A DNA stretch of 64,000 bases from Candidatus Poribacteria bacterium (GTDB lineage: Bacteria > Poribacteria > WGA-4E > PCPOR2b). How positions within the stretch are numbered: position 1 is the stretch's first letter; every line of letters begins with the position of its first letter. The stretch is from assembly GCA_965198175.1 (NCBI GenBank), contig OZ240245.1, forward strand, positions 1,312,001-1,376,000, read 5' to 3'. The notes beneath the pieces are model-generated. The model was not told the origin of the DNA and searched no databases. It was given only the letters and a program-made list of their open reading frames with translations. Below, piece by piece: positions 52,130-61,933 of the stretch. The translations under genes were made by a program, and so were the position numbers.

Positions 52130-52498
52130 ACCCAATATCATTGAATCTTCACGCGTGAGATGACATTTTGACACGACAGTTATCGAGCCAAAATGTCGCT
52201 ATTTTTCCAGACATCAGGTTAAGGGTCATTTTGTCACGGTTAGACAATTAATATCTGCTCTGCGCCGTTCTGCATAATTTTGCTTGCAATGATGAGAATA
52301 GGACAGTTGCTGTCATACACATAAACGAACGTCTGACTACAGCCATTCATCGCATTTCACTCTTGAGCATAACATTACGATCTGAACGTCTCTAGTATTA
52401 ACTATTGAAGTCAAAGTTAGTTTAGAGACTGTAATTGGGCGGTCAAAAAGGTAGCAACCTAGCATCGTTCATCGGGGCGCCCTCGGCATACTTTTCTA

Positions 52499-52527
52499 TT
52501 GACAAAGGTAGTACGGTTTGGTACACT
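52499..52527 (+). promoter_or_regulatory. sigma70 promoter of the tRNA operon
   Basis: TTGACA-N17-TACACT, 14 nt before tRNA-Gly. Confidence 0.75.
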
Positions 52528-52541
52528 TAATATGTGCTTTT

Positions 52542-52613
52542 GCGGGAGTAGCTCAGCGGTAGAGCTCTACCTTGCCAAGGTAGAGGTCGCGGGTTCAATT
52601 CCCGTCTCCCGCT
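52542..52613 (+). tRNA. tRNA-Gly(GCC)
   Basis: GCGGGAG/CTCCCGC acceptor stem, CTACC-TTGCCAA-GGTAG anticodon arm, GGTTCAATTCC T-arm; CCA not encoded. Confidence 0.95.
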
Positions 52614-52618
52614 TTCAT

Positions 52619-52690
52619 GGCGGCGTAGCCAAGTGGTAAGGCGAGAGTCTGCAAAACTCTTATACGTCGGTTCGATTCCGACCGCCGCCT
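52619..52690 (+). tRNA. tRNA-Cys(GCA)
   Basis: GGCGGCG/CGCCGCC acceptor stem, AGAGT-CTGCAAA-ACTCT, GGTTCGATTCC, U discriminator. Confidence 0.95.
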
Positions 52691-52698
52691 TAATTTCT

Positions 52699-52772
52699 GG
52701 GCGGTTAGCTCAGTTGGTTAGAGTACTTGCTCGACACGCAAGGGGTCATAGGTTCAAATCCTATACCGCCCA
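52699..52772 (+). tRNA. tRNA-Val(GAC)
   Basis: GGGCGGT/ACCGCCC acceptor stem, CTTGC-TCGACAC-GCAAG, GGTTCAAATCC, A discriminator. Confidence 0.9.
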
Positions 52773-52795
52773 TTAACATAGTTTCCCTTTACCTC

Positions 52796-52819
52796 AAAGA
52801 GCCGAAAGGCTCTTTTTTT
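52796..52819 (+). terminator. Intrinsic terminator of the tRNA operon
   Basis: AAAGAGCC-GAAA-GGCTCTTTTTTT. Confidence 0.85.
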
Positions 52820-52958
52820 ATAATGGTAGCTCAAGTTCCTAACTTATGAAGATTCATGGGTTACCTGTGAAAGTTGAGGGGTTCAACTGCAACATCAATG
52901 AAATGTTAGTTTAAGAGGTATTGCCTAGAACATTACGACGTTTCCTTGGGACAGATTT

Positions 52959-54779
52959 ATGTTAAAATCAAATGTACTTGAACAGGATGTGCTTTATAAA
53001 ACCAGGCATAGCACAGCGCATATTATGGCACAAGCCGTAATGGAGCTTTACCCAGATGCTAAACTCGCGATTGGACCGCCCATTGAGAATGGATTTTACT
53101 ACGACTTTGATTTGGGAACGGATGAAGATGGCAACCTGCTTTCATTTTCGCCCGATAGCCTCGAAAAGATTGAAAAACGTATGCGACAAATTATCGCAGG
53201 CAATCACAAATTTATCTATCGCGAAATCAGCGTTGACGAGGCGCGCGATCTGTTCAAGAACGAGCCATATAAGTTAGAGTTAATTGATGGGCTCGTCAAG
53301 GGGGGCGCGGATGAATACGGCTACGCAACCGAGGAAACGCCTGTCATTAGCACATATCGTCATGATACCTTCGAAGATCTGTGCCGAGGACCACACGTCG
53401 AAGGTACAGACCAGATCCGGTCCGACGCCTTCAAGCTGATAAATACAGCCGGTGCATATTGGCGCGGCGACGAAAATAACCCCATGCTTCAGCGCATTTA
53501 TGGTACAGCTTGGCACACAAAGGAAGATCTTAAGCAGCACCTCCAAAGACTTGAAGAAGCCAAAAAGCGCGACCACCGCAAGCTTGGTAAGGAATTAGAG
53601 ATTTTCATTTTCGATGAAGAAGTAGGTCCCGGTTTGCCGCTGTGGTTACCGAACGGCGGAATTATTATCGAGGAATTGGAAAAGCTCGCCAAAGAAATGG
53701 AACTAAGAGCGGGTTACGACCGAGTTCGCACACCCCACTTGGCTAAGGATTCTCTCTTTAATCGCAGCGGTCACTTGGCACACTATACTGAGAGTATGTA
53801 TCCACCGATGGAAATGGAAGGCGTGCGTTACTACGTCAAGCCGATGAACTGTCCCTTTCACCACAAAATCTTCGCCAGTAGCCCGCGCAGCTATCGGAAT
53901 CTGCCGCTTCGGCTTGCCGAATACGGGACATGCTATCGCTTTGAAAAAAGCGGCGAACTCTTTGGTCTTATGCGGGTTCGATCGATGCAGATGAATGATG
54001 CCCACATCTATTGCTCCGAAGAACAGTTTGAGGATGAATTTCTCAGAGTTGTAGACCTCTATCTTGAATATTTTCGGCTATTTGGCATTGAGAAATATGT
54101 CATGCGGTTCAGTACACACCACAAAAGCGGTCTTACTAAGAAATATGTGGATAACGAACGAATGTGGCTGAAAACGGAGGAAATGGTACGAAACGCAATG
54201 AAAAATGGCGATGTGCCCTTTGTCGAGGTCCCCGATGAAGCCGCGTTCTATGGACCCAAGATTGACGTACAAATCTGGAGCGCCATTGGCCGCGAGTTTA
54301 CACTTGCTACCAATCAGGTCGATTTCGCCCAACCTGAACGGTTAGGTTTGCGTTTTGTAAACAAGGAGGGGAATCCTGAAGTACCAATCTGCCTCCACCG
54401 TGCGCCTCTCGGTACGCACGAACGCTTTATCGGGTTCTTAATTGAACATTATGCTGGTAGATTCCCGATCTGGCTTTCACCAGAGCATGTCCGGGTGATT
54501 CCTATCAACGACAATCATAACGACTACGCCCACAAATTGGTCGAACAGTTAAAGGACGCAGGTCTCCGTTCTAAGTCGGATTTGAGTAGCGAGCGGATGA
54601 ATGCGAAGATTCGCCAAGCCCAGTTGAAAAAGGTACCTTACATGCTCGTAGTTGGCGACAGAGAAGTTAGTGATGGGACTGTGTCTCTTCGAAAACGAGA
54701 TGGCTCTCGTCAAAATGGCATGCCCTTTCAACAGTTCATCGCTTTAGTGCGAGAGCAAATCGATGCTCGATCCGATTGA
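52959..54779 (+). CDS. thrS: Threonine--tRNA ligase (lacks the N-terminal TGS domain)
   Basis: RHSTAHIMA, DLCRGPH, AGAYWRGD, RDHRKLG, KPMNCP, AFYGPKID, HRAPLG.HERF. Confidence 0.97.
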   Translation: MLKSNVLEQDVLYKTRHSTAHIMAQAVMELYPDAKLAIGPPIENGFYYDFDLGTDEDGNLLSFSPDSLEKIEKRMRQIIAGNHKFIYREISVDEARDLFKNEPYKLELIDGLVKGGADEYGYATEETPVISTYRHDTFEDLCRGPHVEGTDQIRSDAFKLINTAGAYWRGDENNPMLQRIYGTAWHTKEDLKQHLQRLEEAKKRDHRKLGKELEIFIFDEEVGPGLPLWLPNGGIIIEELEKLAKEMELRAGYDRVRTPHLAKDSLFNRSGHLAHYTESMYPPMEMEGVRYYVKPMNCPFHHKIFASSPRSYRNLPLRLAEYGTCYRFEKSGELFGLMRVRSMQMNDAHIYCSEEQFEDEFLRVVDLYLEYFRLFGIEKYVMRFSTHHKSGLTKKYVDNERMWLKTEEMVRNAMKNGDVPFVEVPDEAAFYGPKIDVQIWSAIGREFTLATNQVDFAQPERLGLRFVNKEGNPEVPICLHRAPLGTHERFIGFLIEHYAGRFPIWLSPEHVRVIPINDNHNDYAHKLVEQLKDAGLRSKSDLSSERMNAKIRQAQLKKVPYMLVVGDREVSDGTVSLRKRDGSRQNGMPFQQFIALVREQIDARSD

Positions 54780-54907
54780 TTGTTAAGCATATCGGAGTCG
54801 AGGCCACAAGGTTCTGGCGCAATATAAGCGGGCAGAAAATGGGCCATAGCGAAAGGACATGACAACAGTTATGATTTTAGGCGTCGATAGGTGAGGATGA
54901 AAAATTT

Positions 54908-56113
54908 ATGCAGCGTATCTACTTAGACCACAATGCTACAACTCCAATTCATCCTGAAGTGCGAGAAGCGATGATACCCTACATGATGGAACACTTTGGG
55001 AACGGGTCAAGCATCCACGCTTATGGACGCGAAGCACGCAACGCAATTGATACCGCGCGTGAACAAGTGGCAGATTTAATTGGCGCGAAAAGTCCAAGTG
55101 AAGTCGTTTTCACGAGCTGTGGTACGGAAGCGGATAATTACGCCATCAAAGGGATTGCCGCGCTCCAAAAAAGTCGAAGCGGCAATAACCATATGATCAC
55201 CTCCTCGGTTGAACATCACGCGGTGCTGCATACGTGTCAACACCTTGAAAAGCACGGGTTTGAAGTGACCTATTTGCCAGTCGATCGGTATGGACGCGTT
55301 CGAATCGAAAATCTGTCCGAAGCAATCCGTGACACGACAATCTTGATTTCAATCATGCATGCTAACAATGAAAACGGAACAATTCAACCGATTGAAGAGA
55401 TTTGTGAAATCGCTCAATCGCATCGCATTCCTGTGCACACAGACGCAGTGCAGTCGGTTGGCAAGCTGCCGGTCAATGTCCAGGAGTTAGGAGTAAACCT
55501 GCTCACACTCTCGGCACACAAATTTTACGGTCCCAAAGGCATCGGTGCCCTGTATATTCGGCGCGGTACCCGTTTGGAGAACCTCCTTCACGGCGGAACG
55601 CATGAGCGCAACCGCCGCGCAGGCTCAGAGAACGTCCCTGCGATTGTTGGTATGGGTGTAGCTGCGGCGTTGGCAAAGGAACATCGTGAATCCTATAGCC
55701 AACATCTCAACCGACTAACAGGCAAATTGCGTGCAGAGCTTCATGAACGCTTGGAAAATATCTACGAGAACAGCCATCCGGAATACTGCCTCCCGGGAAC
55801 GCTGAATATTTCGTTTGAGTTCATCGAAGGGGAGAGCCTAATTTTGAGGTTGGATATGGAAGGCATCTGTGTTTCGACCGGTTCCGCCTGTACGTCTGGC
55901 TCGATGGAGCCTTCGCATGTGTTGGCGGCACTGGGTCTTTCGCCGCAGTTGGCGCAAGGCACGGTTCGGTTTTCTCTCGGCAAGGATAACACGCAGGACG
56001 AAATTGATGAAGTCATCGAAAAAGTGCCCGCGATTGTCGAGCAGATGCGTACCATATCCCCAGCCTATAAAAAGGGGGTGAAGCGTGATGCTAACCCACG
56101 GAAGGTTCAATAA
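54908..56113 (+). CDS. iscS: Cysteine desulfurase (IscS/NifS group I)
   Basis: YLDHNATT, HTDAVQ, SAHKFYGPKG, STGSACTSG. Confidence 0.92.
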   Translation: MQRIYLDHNATTPIHPEVREAMIPYMMEHFGNGSSIHAYGREARNAIDTAREQVADLIGAKSPSEVVFTSCGTEADNYAIKGIAALQKSRSGNNHMITSSVEHHAVLHTCQHLEKHGFEVTYLPVDRYGRVRIENLSEAIRDTTILISIMHANNENGTIQPIEEICEIAQSHRIPVHTDAVQSVGKLPVNVQELGVNLLTLSAHKFYGPKGIGALYIRRGTRLENLLHGGTHERNRRAGSENVPAIVGMGVAAALAKEHRESYSQHLNRLTGKLRAELHERLENIYENSHPEYCLPGTLNISFEFIEGESLILRLDMEGICVSTGSACTSGSMEPSHVLAALGLSPQLAQGTVRFSLGKDNTQDEIDEVIEKVPAIVEQMRTISPAYKKGVKRDANPRKVQ

Positions 56114-56159
56114 CTTGTAGGGGTGTGAAGATCAATTACAAGCATAGCCAATCTTTGAT

Positions 56160-57152
56160 ATGGCAAGTATCTACACCTATCTCGTTGAATTAGAGCACCA
56201 TGGTTCCCGATTAGATCGGTTTGTAGAGGAACAGCATGTTGCAGCCCAGCCGAATCAGTTGTCTAGAACAGCTATACAAAAATTAGTCCGCGAAGGTGTC
56301 GTGACAGTCAACGGCAAAGCTAGTAAACCTGGCTATAAACTGCGAGTTGGCGATCGAATCACCCTCAGCCTTCCAGATGCTCTCCCGCTGGAAATCATCC
56401 AACCCGAACACCTCCCGCTCGATATTCTGTATGAAGATTCCAGCCTGATCGTTGTGAACAAACCTGCGGACATGCTTGTTCACCCTGCTGGCGGTGTTAA
56501 TTCGGGAACGCTTGTCAATACCTTTCTAGCGCACTGTGGGAATCTGGCTGGAATTGGCGGAGTGCAGCGACCCGGTATTGTACATCGTCTCGATAAGGAT
56601 ACATCGGGCGTGCTCGTTGCCGCGAAGACGGATGATGCGCATCATCGTCTTGCGGCTCAATTTGAAGCCCATACCACCACGCGCGAGTATCTCGCTGTGA
56701 CCTGCGGTGTTCCCAAGTCAGAAGCCGGGACAATCGACGCCTCAATCCGACGAAGTCGCAGAGATGGTCGAAAAATGACCGTAACAAAGGTTGGAGGTCG
56801 TCATGCAGTTACCCACTATCGGGTCCTGGAGGTTCATGACCGGTTCGCTCTACTTCGGTTGAATTTGGAAACCGGGCGTCTTCACCAAATTCGCGTTCAT
56901 CTCAGTCACATCGGTCATGCAGTTGCAGGAGATGCCGTCTATGGCGGTGGGCGACATCAGGCATTGCGCAACGCCCATTCTGCATCGCTAGTGGAAGCAT
57001 TTGCGAAGCTCAATCGCCAAGCGTTACACGCACAAACACTTGGATTTAATCATCCTGAAACGGGCGAACGATTGACGTTTTCGGCGCCGATGCCTATGGA
57101 TATGCAGCGGGTTGTTAATCTACTCAGGAGTGAAAATACGGAGGGAAGATAA
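56160..57152 (+). CDS. rluD: RluA-family pseudouridine synthase with S4 domain (RluD-like)
   Basis: RLDRF S4-like start, VVNKP, RPGIVHRLDKDTSG, ETGRLHQIRVH, RQALHA. Confidence 0.9.
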   Translation: MASIYTYLVELEHHGSRLDRFVEEQHVAAQPNQLSRTAIQKLVREGVVTVNGKASKPGYKLRVGDRITLSLPDALPLEIIQPEHLPLDILYEDSSLIVVNKPADMLVHPAGGVNSGTLVNTFLAHCGNLAGIGGVQRPGIVHRLDKDTSGVLVAAKTDDAHHRLAAQFEAHTTTREYLAVTCGVPKSEAGTIDASIRRSRRDGRKMTVTKVGGRHAVTHYRVLEVHDRFALLRLNLETGRLHQIRVHLSHIGHAVAGDAVYGGGRHQALRNAHSASLVEAFAKLNRQALHAQTLGFNHPETGERLTFSAPMPMDMQRVVNLLRSENTEGR

Positions 57153-57516
57153 AGCGTGATGTATCTTCTTGTTTTCCACTTGACGACGTTGTGGGAATGA
57201 GGTATCATTCTCTGTCTGTATTTTCGATAAGATTCCTTATTTAAGAAAACAATGGAGACTCTCCCGCGAAAGCTAGGGCTTGCAGTTGTGAACTTGCGAA
57301 ACTCTAATCGCGGCGATTTCGTTCAAAAAGAGAGGAGTAAATCACAGTTCTGTAGAAATTCCTAATACTCCAACAATCTTAATTGAAGATTGACTCGCTT
57401 GTTGTGCGGGTCATCGAAAAGAGACAAACGCAACATCAACACATAAATAATATGCGAAAACTCATTCCTTAGGTAGTGGCTAAATAGACAACGCCTTTGT
57501 TGTCCAAAATTATTGA

Positions 57517-58944
57517 GTGAGAAAAATGAACAACCAGACAACTGCCCTCGTTGTTGATTCTGATCGGGGACAACGCGACACGATTTGTCACGCGCTTGAA
57601 GGCGAAGGCTTGAATGTGCTTGTCACCGACAATCAATATGCAGCGTTAGATCGCATTGAGCGCCTAGAAATCGATGTTCTAATTGCTCCGCTTAAAGCAG
57701 ACCGAATCGACGGTCTAAAACTACTTGAAGCCGCTTATGGCAGAAATCCAGATGTCGGCGTCATTTTCACAACGGCGGCGAATGTATTAGAAACAGATAC
57801 TGGCATCAAAGCCACGCTTCATCACAAATCAAGCTTTTTTCTACCGAAGCCACTCAGACCCGTTCACCTGAAAGCATTTCTCCACAAGATACTCGAAACC
57901 CGCCGCCTTACCCTAGAGAATCGTCGATTAAAGTCCCAGATTGATAACAGGGTGGGCCCCCTCCAATTAACAGGACACTCGCCGGGGATGCAGGAGGTTC
58001 GGCAGATTATCTCGCAGGTCGCTCCGACAAAAGCTACAGTTATAATCCGCGGTGAACGCGGCACCGGAAAGGAACTAATTGCGCGTGCTATCCATCATCG
58101 TAGTCTGCTACCAGGCCAACTCGTTGCTTTCAATTGCGCCGGTCTTACCGAGAGCCTCGCTGAGTCTGAGATGTTTGGACATGAGCGGGGCGCGTTTACA
58201 GGGGCTGATCGGAGGCGCAAAGGGCGATTTGAGACAGCGCATGGCGGCTCCCTATTCCTTGATGAGGTAGTCCATATGAGCCTATCGAATCAAGCAATGT
58301 TGCTCCGCGTTCTTGAAGACAAAAATTTTGAGAGAGTGGGCGGCAATGAACCGGTTAAAGTCGATGTGCGCATCATCTGCGCAACGAACCGCAATCTTGA
58401 GGAAGCAGTAGAGGATGGAAATTTTCTGGCGGATCTCTATGATCGGTTAAACGTGATTCAGATTACCTTGCCCACGCTTCGTGAGCGGAAAGAGGATATT
58501 CCGTTATTAGTCAAGGTTTTCATTGAGGAATTTAGTAGAGAAAATCGAAAGGCAGTTAGAAATATGACCTCTCGCGCTCTGCGAACCTTGATGAAGCATG
58601 ATTGGCCCGGAAACGTCCGCGAGTTGAGAAACTGCATTGAAGGTATGGTCGTCATGTCCAATCGAACAGAGCTAAATATCGAAGATCTCCCCGAGCATAT
58701 TCTAAAGGTGGCTGGTGCGACCCCACCGTTTATTTTCTCGGCACCAACCGCTCTTGATTCAACGCAAAGCGAACTCTCCCCATCCCATTTGGATCTTGAG
58801 GTCGGACTGTCACTGGCGGAGATTGAGAAGGAATCAATTCGAGCGACACTCAAGCATGTTGAAAATAATAAAGCCAAAGCAGCAAAGATTTTAGGCGTTT
58901 CAAAACGAACTATCTTTAGAAAAATCAAAGAATACGACTTGTGA
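57517..58944 (+). CDS. NtrC-family sigma54 enhancer-binding protein with atypical receiver domain
   Basis: GERGTGKE Walker A, GAFTGA, LFLDEV, WPGNVREL, C-terminal Fis-type HTH; receiver reads VDSD..LIAPLKA. Confidence 0.9.
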   Translation: MRKMNNQTTALVVDSDRGQRDTICHALEGEGLNVLVTDNQYAALDRIERLEIDVLIAPLKADRIDGLKLLEAAYGRNPDVGVIFTTAANVLETDTGIKATLHHKSSFFLPKPLRPVHLKAFLHKILETRRLTLENRRLKSQIDNRVGPLQLTGHSPGMQEVRQIISQVAPTKATVIIRGERGTGKELIARAIHHRSLLPGQLVAFNCAGLTESLAESEMFGHERGAFTGADRRRKGRFETAHGGSLFLDEVVHMSLSNQAMLLRVLEDKNFERVGGNEPVKVDVRIICATNRNLEEAVEDGNFLADLYDRLNVIQITLPTLRERKEDIPLLVKVFIEEFSRENRKAVRNMTSRALRTLMKHDWPGNVRELRNCIEGMVVMSNRTELNIEDLPEHILKVAGATPPFIFSAPTALDSTQSELSPSHLDLEVGLSLAEIEKESIRATLKHVENNKAKAAKILGVSKRTIFRKIKEYDL

Positions 58945-58945
58945 G

Positions 58946-59716
58946 ATGACTAACCCATCTGGTTCATGCGTTTATCGTATCCCGTTACTACGATATTTCA
59001 GTTGTTGGAGAAACGTGAGACTGATATTAATGGTATCGTTGCCGCTTTTCCTGCTTGTCTCAAGTGGATTTTCCCAAGGCGCCACGCTAGATGAAAACCA
59101 GACGAGTTTTTTCGATTTGATAATTACGGTAGTCTCGATAATTATCCCAGCGCTGCTTGTAGCGGGGGTTGTCCTTGGAATCTATGCTTGGCTCCGGCGA
59201 AATAGGATGAACCTGCCTCGTCTCTTGCGCCGTGATGAATCGACAGAACATAGTGAAATGTTGCACGACAGGATCCCCCTATTGACGCGTAGGGCGAATG
59301 CCAATCGGTCGGAAGACAAAGCTACGGAACAGCTTATTCCCTTAGAACCGGAGACCGATACACTCACGCTTGAGAGCACTGCGTTGAAGGAGTTGGAACA
59401 AACCTTACGGCTGCGTGAAGATGGTCACATCCTCCAATATTACGAATCCATTGCCATGACCACGAAGCGGTATATCAGCGAAAAGTACCAAATCAAAATC
59501 GTCGACACGAGTCTAATTTTAGATAGTCTGCCTCACGATCTGACCGATAGTGTTGCAGATCACGTCGGCGAAATTCTCCGCACATGTGATATGGTTCAGT
59601 TTTCCCGCCATCGTCCGTCTAGATCAGAAATGAATAGGATACATCAAACGGCAAAGGAATTTTTCGAAAGCCAGATCGCAGCGTCACCTGCCAAAGACGG
59701 AACTCTTGACGATTAA
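58946..59716 (+). CDS. Hypothetical membrane-anchored protein
   Basis: Signal plus TM helix; C-terminal KRYISEKY / CDMVQFS motifs reminiscent of BatD/DUF4381-type tails; 1 nt from the upstream gene. Confidence 0.55.
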   Translation: MTNPSGSCVYRIPLLRYFSCWRNVRLILMVSLPLFLLVSSGFSQGATLDENQTSFFDLIITVVSIIIPALLVAGVVLGIYAWLRRNRMNLPRLLRRDESTEHSEMLHDRIPLLTRRANANRSEDKATEQLIPLEPETDTLTLESTALKELEQTLRLREDGHILQYYESIAMTTKRYISEKYQIKIVDTSLILDSLPHDLTDSVADHVGEILRTCDMVQFSRHRPSRSEMNRIHQTAKEFFESQIAASPAKDGTLDD

Positions 59717-59795
59717 CCTTTGGCGTCTGTCTAGAACAAAGTTGCGCGATCAATAAAGAGGCAAACCCATCTTCACCAGGCAGCACGCCTTCCCA

Positions 59796-61076
59796 CTACC
59801 CCATAACCGGAAGAATCGAACCACCGTTCGGCATCACGATTATATCGGCTCCCTGCCCCACTTCATCAAACGCGGCTTGCATAGCTTCACGCAGATGAGA
59901 AAAGGGGACCAAACCACAATCTCGAACTGATTCGGCTGGGAGAGCTGAGACCAGATAAACCTTAGTTCGACGCAACACGGCGGCAATAGCAGCCGCTTTG
60001 TGACCGCCTATCACGAACTTTTGCTGGATTCTGTCTAATACCTCCTCGGGAGAGTTAGCGTTCGTCATCCAAGTCTCGAAGGTCTGGTTGCCGAAGCCCT
60101 CGCTGCACTCGGCTGACAAAATGATGAGTCCTCCATCGCGGACGGAGTATTGTGCATTGTCCAACGCCTTCTGTGCTTGATACAGGTTTACGTCGCTAGG
60201 ATATCCCCCCGCGCTTACCAGAACGATGTCTGCCTGCTTAGGAATTTCGACCGTGCTGCGTTGCGCTGCTATGTCACACCCTCGTCGATGAGCAACGGTT
60301 ACATCGCCCGCGACAGCACCGATGATGCGATAGTGACCGTCCAAAACCACGTTAAATATAAAGTCGACACCGACCATGGCGACCCCTTCCTCAATGTCAC
60401 CGCGGACCGGATTACCTTCCAATCGACCCGCGCACGCCTCAGAACGTACCATCATGGCGTGGTTGGCGGTAATCGTTGCTTCCGAAGCGCATCCGGGGAG
60501 AATCGCCTTCGCACCGCCAGAGTAGCCCACGAAGTAATGTAGCTCAACGTTACCTAAGCAGATGCGTACATCAGATTCAACAACGGGGCGAAAAATCTCG
60601 ACTGGTGTGCCGGCAGCAGTAACGCCCAATCGGACGATGTCCCTGGGGTCGTGATTGATTACCGCCACACGGCGATATACATCTGGACCAACCGTAGCCT
60701 TTAGTTCCGACTCCGCCATTTGTCGATGCAACCCTAGTGCGATGACGACAGTCACATCCGCGTTGGGGATGCCGCTTGCCGCCAATTCGTCAAGGATAAG
60801 TTGCAGCAGCCGCTCAGACGGACAGGGACGGGTCAGGTCGCTGGTCACAATCACTATCTTTTGCCCCGGTCGAACCAAGTCGCGCAGACGCGGAGAACAG
60901 ACGGGCTTCTCCAATGCTTCGCGCAAAAGTACATCCTCATCGAGCACTTCTCCATCCGCTTGTGGTGTATAGATACCGAGAATATTCTCGGTCGGCGCAT
61001 CAACGCTTACGGATGAACGCCCGAACGGTAATTCTAGTGTTGTCACATCCATTTTCAGAATTGTTCCTCTCCCCAT
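59796..61076 (-). CDS. larA: Nickel pincer-dependent lactate racemase family protein
   Basis: SDLTRP, GLHR, ELHYFVGYSGGAK, ANH, GGYPSDVNLYQAQK match LarA catalytic positions. Confidence 0.85.
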   Translation of the reverse strand: MGRGTILKMDVTTLELPFGRSSVSVDAPTENILGIYTPQADGEVLDEDVLLREALEKPVCSPRLRDLVRPGQKIVIVTSDLTRPCPSERLLQLILDELAASGIPNADVTVVIALGLHRQMAESELKATVGPDVYRRVAVINHDPRDIVRLGVTAAGTPVEIFRPVVESDVRICLGNVELHYFVGYSGGAKAILPGCASEATITANHAMMVRSEACAGRLEGNPVRGDIEEGVAMVGVDFIFNVVLDGHYRIIGAVAGDVTVAHRRGCDIAAQRSTVEIPKQADIVLVSAGGYPSDVNLYQAQKALDNAQYSVRDGGLIILSAECSEGFGNQTFETWMTNANSPEEVLDRIQQKFVIGGHKAAAIAAVLRRTKVYLVSALPAESVRDCGLVPFSHLREAMQAAFDEVGQGADIIVMPNGGSILPVMG

Positions 61077-61233
61077 CTCGGATCTGGATGAATCGCTTTT
61101 TCAACACATTCAAGATGACATTCAATCAACGTAATTTTTTCGCTTTGGACGGTTCTTTCATAACATCTTAATAAATGCCTGCAAAACTCAAACTTGATTT
61201 CCATCCAATTTTAACCAGCGCTTCCCAAATCCG

Positions 61234-61695
61234 CTACAGCCTTCGCAGGAACGCCGACAAAAAAATTACGATTAGCCCCAATATTAACGTCAGGTTAATC
61301 CACGGCGAAGGGCGTTTTTGGAAGAGGTCAAAAACAGGGTACGGAAACGTGAGGACGATGCCGAGCGTAAAGATAAGAAAAACGATAAAGAGCTTGATGC
61401 CCAGGACGAGAATATAATAGGAAAAGTCCGGGGATATCCCCGACACAGTGGTTGCATTTGCGGATCTCAGGAATGAGACAAAGTTGTAGATCCCTGATGC
61501 CAAGATGGTTGTCAGGGCGATCCAGACAATAACTCTGAATCGGCGCAACGCTGCTGCGATGAGTTTTAGTTGGTAGTTTTCGGGTAGGCTGCGGGAAGCG
61601 GGGAGAAGAACAACTCGAAGGAAGAAAAAACCACCAATCATCAGGACGACAGATGCGATGTGCAGCCACTGTATCAGTGCGGGTAGAAATGTCAT
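61234..61695 (-). CDS. CopD/DUF4149-like four-TM membrane protein
   Basis: QWLHIASVVLMIGG, SGIYN, LGIKL; start uncertain (ORF opens at 61743). Confidence 0.6.
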   Translation of the reverse strand: MTFLPALIQWLHIASVVLMIGGFFFLRVVLLPASRSLPENYQLKLIAAALRRFRVIVWIALTTILASGIYNFVSFLRSANATTVSGISPDFSYYILVLGIKLFIVFLIFTLGIVLTFPYPVFDLFQKRPSPWINLTLILGLIVIFLSAFLRRL

Positions 61696-61933
61696 GTTGA
61701 CGTGAAGTGTGATACATAAAACGTTGGAATGGGGGTTAAGCACATAACATCAGGATGACCTAACAGCCGTGTAAGACAGTGTTCGGTATATGGAAGCAAA
61801 CCAACTCTCTTAACCTCGTCGCATCGCGAAACTTCCGCGCTTCTCCGCGAACACGGCTCTTATTGGTTACGCGCTTCGCGGTTCATTCGCTTACAATTTC
61901 TTGAGCTACGACTGTACGCCCGGATTGAAGCAA

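Noticed and set aside
52820..52958. T-box or tRNA remnant upstream of thrS (GGTAGCTCAAG)
   Set aside because: No TGGNACC T-box, leader too short, and no cloverleaf.
54908..56113. DndA or Fe-S cluster operon
   Set aside because: No dnd, iscU/nifU or suf genes nearby; context (thrS, rluD) is housekeeping.
57255..57340. c-di-GMP-I riboswitch (GCGAAAGC hairpin) before the NtrC-like gene
   Set aside because: Lacks the GGCAAACC and GGACGCAAAG conserved elements.
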